The translations under genes were made by a program, and so were the position numbers. A DNA stretch of 64,000 nucleotides from an uncultured Gammaproteobacteria bacterium (GTDB lineage: Bacteria > Pseudomonadota > Gammaproteobacteria > Pseudomonadales > JAHEGP01). The notes beneath the pieces were generated by a model, which had not been told where the DNA came from, made no database searches, and saw only the letters and a list, made by a program, of their open reading frames with translations. Where the stretch lies: the NCBI GenBank assembly GCA_963792875.1, contig CAWBXV010000002.1, forward strand, positions 790,335 to 854,334, given 5' to 3'. Shown piece after piece: positions 59,361 through 64,000 of the stretch (position 1 is the first letter of the stretch; each line of letters opens with the position of its first letter).

Positions 59361-61574
59361 ATGACTGAACCGATAGCGATGAGACAGTTACGAACCACTT
59401 TCTCCCAAACTCACGGCACTGCGGCTGGCGCCAGGCTGTCACTGGCGCTAGCCCTGTTCGCCACTGTGCTGGGCGCCACCAGCGCTGCCTCCCAGGCAAC
59501 CGACTATGTGGGCAGCAAAGCCTGCGGCCAATGCCACGAGGAAGCCTACCGGGCCTGGCAGGGCTCGCTGCACAAGAAGGCCATGGAAGTTGCCGACGAC
59601 AGCACCGTGCTGGGCGATTTCGACAATGCCCGATTTGAGCACTTCGGCGTCACCAGCACCTTCTTCCGCAAAGACGGGCAGTATCTTGTCCGCACGGACA
59701 ACGCCGAGGGCGAGCTGCAGGACTTCAAGGTCTCCTATACCTTTGGCGCGTACCCCCTACAGCAGTACCTGATCGAATTCGATGATGGGCGCTTGCAAGC
59801 ACTCATCGTGGCCTGGGACAGCCGTCCGGCGCAGGAGGGCGGTCAACGCTGGTTTCATCTGTATCCCGATGAGGCTATCCCCCATGAGGACCCACTGCAC
59901 TGGACCGGCGCCTTCCAGAACTGGAACAGCCGCTGCGCCAGCTGCCATTCCACCAACCTGGAAAAACACTACGATCCCGCCACAGACCGCTATCAGACCA
60001 CCTGGTCTGAGATCAACGTCGCCTGCGAGGCCTGCCATGGCGCCGGCAGCACCCACCTGAAGTGGGCGGAGGGCGACCGGGCCAGCGCTGACAAGGGTCT
60101 GCCTGCCACGCTTGCCGAGCGCAGGACCTGGAAGGCTGGTGCCTTACCTGCCGCCGTAGGCGGCAGCGCTACCCCGCCGCATAGGCAGCTTGACGCCTGT
60201 GCCGGCTGCCACTCCCGCCGCCAGGAGCTCGGACAGCCCGCGGCGGGCAGGGAGTTTCTCGATCAGTTCAGCCCGCAACTGCTGACGGAGGGGCTGTATT
60301 ACCCCGATGGCCAGATCGAGGATGAGGTGTACGTTTACGGATCGTTTCTGCAGAGCAGGATGCACGCTGCCGGCGTCGTCTGCAGCAACTGTCACGAACC
60401 CCACGGGCTGACGCTGAAGGCGCAGGGCAATGCGCTGTGTACCCAGTGCCACCAGTCCTCGACGTTTGATGCGCCCGCGCATCATCACCACGAAGCCGGC
60501 AGCGCCGGAGCCCAGTGCGCGAATTGCCACATGCCGGAACGCACCTACATGGGGGTCGATGCGCGCCGCGACCATAGCTTCCGGATACCGCAGCCCATTC
60601 TGGGCGGCCTGCTCGGTACCCCCAACGCCTGCCAGAACTGCCACCAGGATCGCGACAACAGCTGGGCTCAGAAGCAGCTCGCGCAGTGGTACGGACATCA
60701 GCCTCTGCGCGATGAGCACGCGACGACACTGGCGATCGCCAGGGCCAACAATCCTGCCGCGATGGAAATGCTCGTGGAGCTGGCACGCGATGACAGCGTC
60801 GCGACCATCGTCCGGGCCACCGCGGTGCTGGAAAGCGGTCGCTTTTCCTCGCCGGAGGTGCTGCAGAACAACATTCAGCAGCTCTATGCGGACGACGCTC
60901 TGATGCGCCTGGCCGCAGTCCGCGCGCTGGACAATCTGCCGACCAACCAGCGCTACCAGTTGCTGCAGCCGCTTATCGCGGACCCGGTCAAGGCGGTGCG
61001 GACCGCCGTGGCCAGTTCGCTGGCAGGGGTTCCGACGGCAAATCTGCAACCTTCACAGAAGGCGCCGCTGGAGGCGTTGTTTGCGGAGTATGTGGAAACC
61101 TTGAATTTCACCGCCGACATGCCTGGCAGTCAATTGAATCTGGGGCTTTTCTACATCGGGCGCGGCGACCATGAGGCCGCCGTCAAGGCCTACCGGCATG
61201 CGCTGCAGCTGGCGCCCCGCTATGTGCCGGCGCTGCTGAATCTCGCCGATCTGTATCGGGCCATGGGCGAGGACGAGAACGCGCGGCCGTTGCTGGAACA
61301 AGCCATCCGCTACGCGCCGGATCAAGCGCCCGCCTATCACTCGCTCGGACTGCTGCTGGTCAGAGAGAACCACCTGAGCCGCGCCCTGCCCCATCTGCAG
61401 CGCGCGGCCCAGCTGGACCCTGGTGCCGCGCGCTACAGCTTTGTCTACGGCGTCGCCCTGTACAGCAGCGGCCAGGTAGACGCCGCTATCGAGGTGTTGT
61501 CAGACGCCGCGCAGGCGCACCCCCACGATCGCCAGATACAGGGCGCACTGGAGGCCTACCGGCAGCAGCAGTAG
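59361..61574 (+). CDS. octaheme c-type cytochrome fused to HEAT-like and TPR repeats (secreted)
   Basis: Eight CxxCH motifs: CGQCH, CASCH, CEACH, CAGCH, CSNCH, CTQCH, CANCH and CQNCH. Signal peptide ...ARLSLALALFATVLGATSAASQA. The C-terminal third contains HEAT-like repeats (AAVRALDNL, VRTAVASSLAG) and about 4 TPR repeats. The start is ATG 59361 or 59379. Confidence 0.8.
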   Translation: MTEPIAMRQLRTTFSQTHGTAAGARLSLALALFATVLGATSAASQATDYVGSKACGQCHEEAYRAWQGSLHKKAMEVADDSTVLGDFDNARFEHFGVTSTFFRKDGQYLVRTDNAEGELQDFKVSYTFGAYPLQQYLIEFDDGRLQALIVAWDSRPAQEGGQRWFHLYPDEAIPHEDPLHWTGAFQNWNSRCASCHSTNLEKHYDPATDRYQTTWSEINVACEACHGAGSTHLKWAEGDRASADKGLPATLAERRTWKAGALPAAVGGSATPPHRQLDACAGCHSRRQELGQPAAGREFLDQFSPQLLTEGLYYPDGQIEDEVYVYGSFLQSRMHAAGVVCSNCHEPHGLTLKAQGNALCTQCHQSSTFDAPAHHHHEAGSAGAQCANCHMPERTYMGVDARRDHSFRIPQPILGGLLGTPNACQNCHQDRDNSWAQKQLAQWYGHQPLRDEHATTLAIARANNPAAMEMLVELARDDSVATIVRATAVLESGRFSSPEVLQNNIQQLYADDALMRLAAVRALDNLPTNQRYQLLQPLIADPVKAVRTAVASSLAGVPTANLQPSQKAPLEALFAEYVETLNFTADMPGSQLNLGLFYIGRGDHEAAVKAYRHALQLAPRYVPALLNLADLYRAMGEDENARPLLEQAIRYAPDQAPAYHSLGLLLVRENHLSRALPHLQRAAQLDPGAARYSFVYGVALYSSGQVDAAIEVLSDAAQAHPHDRQIQGALEAYRQQQ

Positions 61575-61667
61575 TCGCAGGGCAGCTCCTCCGGCGCAGT
61601 AGAGGAGAGCGCCAGAGAAGGCCAGCCCGACCGCCGGTGGCACCGCCAGCCGGCGCGGTGGAGCGGG

Positions 61668-62516
61668 TTAATGCCTCCCCACCAGGGAGCGCACGGATGC
61701 CAGAAGATCGCCCGGCAACAGCAACAACTTGCCGTTTTCGGATTGCGACATGTCTTTCAGGGCGCTGACATAGCGCTCTCCCAGCAGGTACATCACTGGC
61801 AGTTCGTTCTCCTTGATCGCCTCGGTGACTTTCTCGATCGCCGCCTGACTGGCCTGTGCGAGCACGACCTGAGCCTCAGCATCGCGCCGCGACGCCTCGA
61901 GGCGGCCGTCGGCTTCGAGGATCGCTGCGGCTTTCTGTCCCTCGGCCTTGGTTACCGTGGCCCTGCGCGCACGCTCAGCCGCCGCCTGTTCTTCCATGGC
62001 ATGCTGCATGGTCGGCGAGGGCTTGATGTCCTGGATCTCGACGGTTTTCAGGGTAATACCCCAATCAGCGATATCGTCTGAAATCATGGACTTCAGCTTG
62101 GCCTTGATCTGGTCGCGCGATGACAGCGCGTCATCCAGGGCCATCTCTCCGACGATGGAACGCAGGCTGGTCTGCACCAGCGTCTGAATGGCCAGCTCGT
62201 AGTCCTCGATACCGTACACGGCTTTTTCAGGAGACAGGATATTGATGTAAGCCACGGCGTTGGCGAGTATCACCGCATTGTCCCTGGTGATGACCTCCTG
62301 GGTGGGAATATCCAGCACCACGTCCTTGGTGGTGACCTTATAGGCCACGTTGTCTATAAAAGGCACGAGTATGTTCAGCCCGGGCCCCAATGTTCGCTGG
62401 AATTTCCCCAGGCGCTGCACCACCCATTTGCTGCCCTGCGGCACCAGCCGCACACCTCTGGCGATCGTAACCAGTACCAGAAAAAGAAACGCGATAACGG
62501 GAATCAGACTTTCCAT
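61668..62516 (-). CDS. SPFH/band-7 (stomatin/prohibitin-like) membrane protein
   Basis: N-terminal TM helix, then VPQGSKWVVQRLGKFQRTLGPGLN and RDNAVILANAVAYINI (SPFH core). The C-terminal coiled coil is AAAERARRATVTKAEGQKAAAILEAD. Confidence 0.9.
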   Translation of the reverse strand: MESLIPVIAFLFLVLVTIARGVRLVPQGSKWVVQRLGKFQRTLGPGLNILVPFIDNVAYKVTTKDVVLDIPTQEVITRDNAVILANAVAYINILSPEKAVYGIEDYELAIQTLVQTSLRSIVGEMALDDALSSRDQIKAKLKSMISDDIADWGITLKTVEIQDIKPSPTMQHAMEEQAAAERARRATVTKAEGQKAAAILEADGRLEASRRDAEAQVVLAQASQAAIEKVTEAIKENELPVMYLLGERYVSALKDMSQSENGKLLLLPGDLLASVRSLVGRH

Positions 62517-62563
62517 ACCTACCCCTCAAAGATCAGCCCGGTCAGTGGACCCGGCCTGTTGAA

Positions 62564-63016
62564 TCATTGCTTGCGCACCAGCAGCGCATTGCCCGCAACG
62601 TCCTGCACGACGACGCGCTCCCCGAGCACAAGCGGCTCCTCGCAGATGATATCCCACTCCTCAGAGCCGAGAATCGGCATTGAAAAGCGCAGGCGCCCGC
62701 GCCGGGAATCCTGCGGCAGGGAGATCACCATACCGACCTCACCCACGATGGCCTCGCGGGAGAGGCCCGCCATGGTGCGGTCGATCGACATCGGCTTGAA
62801 GTAGTGAAACCATAGATAGGTTAATACGACCGAGAAAAAGGTCCAGATCAAGAGCTGCCAGCTGAGGCTGAGCTGCGGAACCGCCAACAGCAGCAGCCCG
62901 ACCAGAACGGCCCCCAGACCGAACCATAGCGCCATGAAGCTGGGCAGAAATATCTCGACCATCATCAGGCCCATGCCCAGTACGAGCCAATGCCAGTACA
63001 AGACGTCAAATTCCAT
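62564..63016 (-). CDS. NfeD-family membrane protein
   Basis: Three to four N-terminal TM helices plus a C-terminal OB-fold-like soluble domain (GEVGMVISLP...GRLRFSMPILGSEEWDIICEEPLVLGERVVV). Sits upstream of the SPFH gene, the classic NfeD-SPFH pair. Confidence 0.85.
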   Translation of the reverse strand: MEFDVLYWHWLVLGMGLMMVEIFLPSFMALWFGLGAVLVGLLLLAVPQLSLSWQLLIWTFFSVVLTYLWFHYFKPMSIDRTMAGLSREAIVGEVGMVISLPQDSRRGRLRFSMPILGSEEWDIICEEPLVLGERVVVQDVAGNALLVRKQ

Positions 63017-63128
63017 ATCAGTACTCCAGCAACCACGGACAAACGTATCGCGAACCCTTCAGCGCGCTCTCCGGCGGCGGCGCCTGCACTGCCAGAGCGC
63101 TAGCCACTGAAAGCGATCGCCATTCGTG

Positions 63129-64000
63129 TCATTCAACCGTGACCGATTTTGCCAGATTGCGCGGCTGGTCGACATCGGTACCCTTGAGCACGGCGACATG
63201 GTACGACAGCAGCTGCAAGGGGATGGTGTAGATGATGGGCGCGATGACATCGGGGACGTGGGGCATGGAGATCACCGTCACTCCCCGCTCGTTTTTGAAG
63301 CCCGCCTTGCCATCCGCAAAGACGAAAAGCTGACCACCCCTGGCCCGCACTTCCTCGAGATTGGACTTCAGCTTTTCCAGCAGTTCATCGTTGGGCGCCA
63401 CCGCGACCACCGGCATATCGGCATCCACCAGTGCCAGCGGACCATGCTTGAGCTCGCCGGCGGGGTAGGACTCGGCATGGATATAGGAGATCTCCTTGAG
63501 CTTGAGGGCCCCTTCCATCGCCACCGGCCACTGCACACCCCTGCCGAGGAACAGCGCGTGGTGCTTTTCCGCGAATGCCGCGGAGACCACCTCGATCTCC
63601 TTGTCGAGCAGCAGCGCCTGCTCCACCATCGTCGAGAGACCATGCAGCGCCTGGACGATTTCTCTCTCGGCCGCCTCATCCAGACTATGGCGTCGCCCCA
63701 GCGCAACCATCAACAGAATCAGGGCAACCAGCTGCGTCGTGAACGCCTTGGTTGAGGCCACCCCGATCTCCGGACCCGCCTCGGTCATCAGCGCCAGGTC
63801 GGATTCGCGCACCAGGGAGCTCTGCGCCACGTTGCAGATGGTCATGGTGGAGGCATAGCCCAGCGTTTTTGCCATGCGCAGCGCGGCGAGAGTATCCGCG
63901 GTTTCGCCCGACTGGGAAATGGTGACCAGCAGCGTGTTGGGTTCGACCACGAACTTGCGGTAGCGGAACTCACTGGCAACCTCCACGCGGCAGGGGATGC
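63129..64000 (-). CDS. glmS: glutamine--fructose-6-phosphate aminotransferase (C-terminal SIS-domain part; N-terminus beyond the right edge)
   Basis: SIS motifs [36 protein letters not shown] and the invariant C-terminus [14 protein letters not shown]. The frame is open to the window edge. Confidence 0.93.
   Translation of the reverse strand, partial: IPCRVEVASEFRYRKFVVEPNTLLVTISQSGETADTLAALRMAKTLGYASTMTICNVAQSSLVRESDLALMTEAGPEIGVASTKAFTTQLVALILLMVALGRRHSLDEAAEREIVQALHGLSTMVEQALLLDKEIEVVSAAFAEKHHALFLGRGVQWPVAMEGALKLKEISYIHAESYPAGELKHGPLALVDADMPVVAVAPNDELLEKLKSNLEEVRARGGQLFVFADGKAGFKNERGVTVISMPHVPDVIAPIIYTIPLQLLSYHVAVLKGTDVDQPRNLAKSVTVE

Overview
This is a GC-rich gammaproteobacterial chromosomal core segment with strong GC3 bias. 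Gene order follows the Pseudomonas-type backbone: yggS-proC-yggT-DUF167, metX-metW-DUF4426-rdgB-hemW, trmB, rpoH<-ftsX-ftsE-ftsY, rsmD-coaD-ferredoxin, mutM, rpmG-rpmB, radC/coaBC-algC-argB, pyrE/crc, rph/yicC-gmk-rpoZ-spoT-ridA, recG, ubiC-ubiA, yaaA, a TRAP transporter, uvrD, NfeD-SPFH and glmS. I annotate 64 protein-coding genes, two of them cut by the window edges. rpmG and the left-edge permease are absent from the supplied ORF track and were found by hand translation. I also report one convincing rho-independent terminator, a few candidate regulatory sites and one in-frame tandem repeat. I found no rRNA, tRNA, CRISPR array, transposase, integrase, phage gene or recognisable defence or toxin cassette, so this reads as a housekeeping region rather than an accessory island. 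Many ORF-track models are over-extended at the 5' end, and many long ORFs are antisense shadows of real genes, which is typical of GC-rich DNA. Several gene pairs are translationally coupled by GTGA or ATGA overlaps. I do not see a clear multi-gene new system. The most unusual signals are listed here.
1. A same-orientation array of DnaA-box 9-mers sits in a promoterless convergent gap downstream of recG.
2. An anchor-less AsmA-like giant protein has a C-terminal 3 x 11-aa repeat and lies behind a 573-bp non-coding gap in the rpmB/radC locus.
3. A phosphomannomutase is fused to a roughly 380-aa two-TM sensor-like N-terminal module, and dut is missing from its usual place.
4. A rubredoxin-rubredoxin reductase fusion appears to be co-operonic with a symporter and an unknown secreted protein.
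5. An octaheme cytochrome c is fused to HEAT/TPR repeats.
6. A tandem cNMP-binding protein carries a cysteine-less rhodanese domain.
All functional calls rest on motif recognition by eye and remembered family signatures. No database search, HMM scan or RNA folding was possible.
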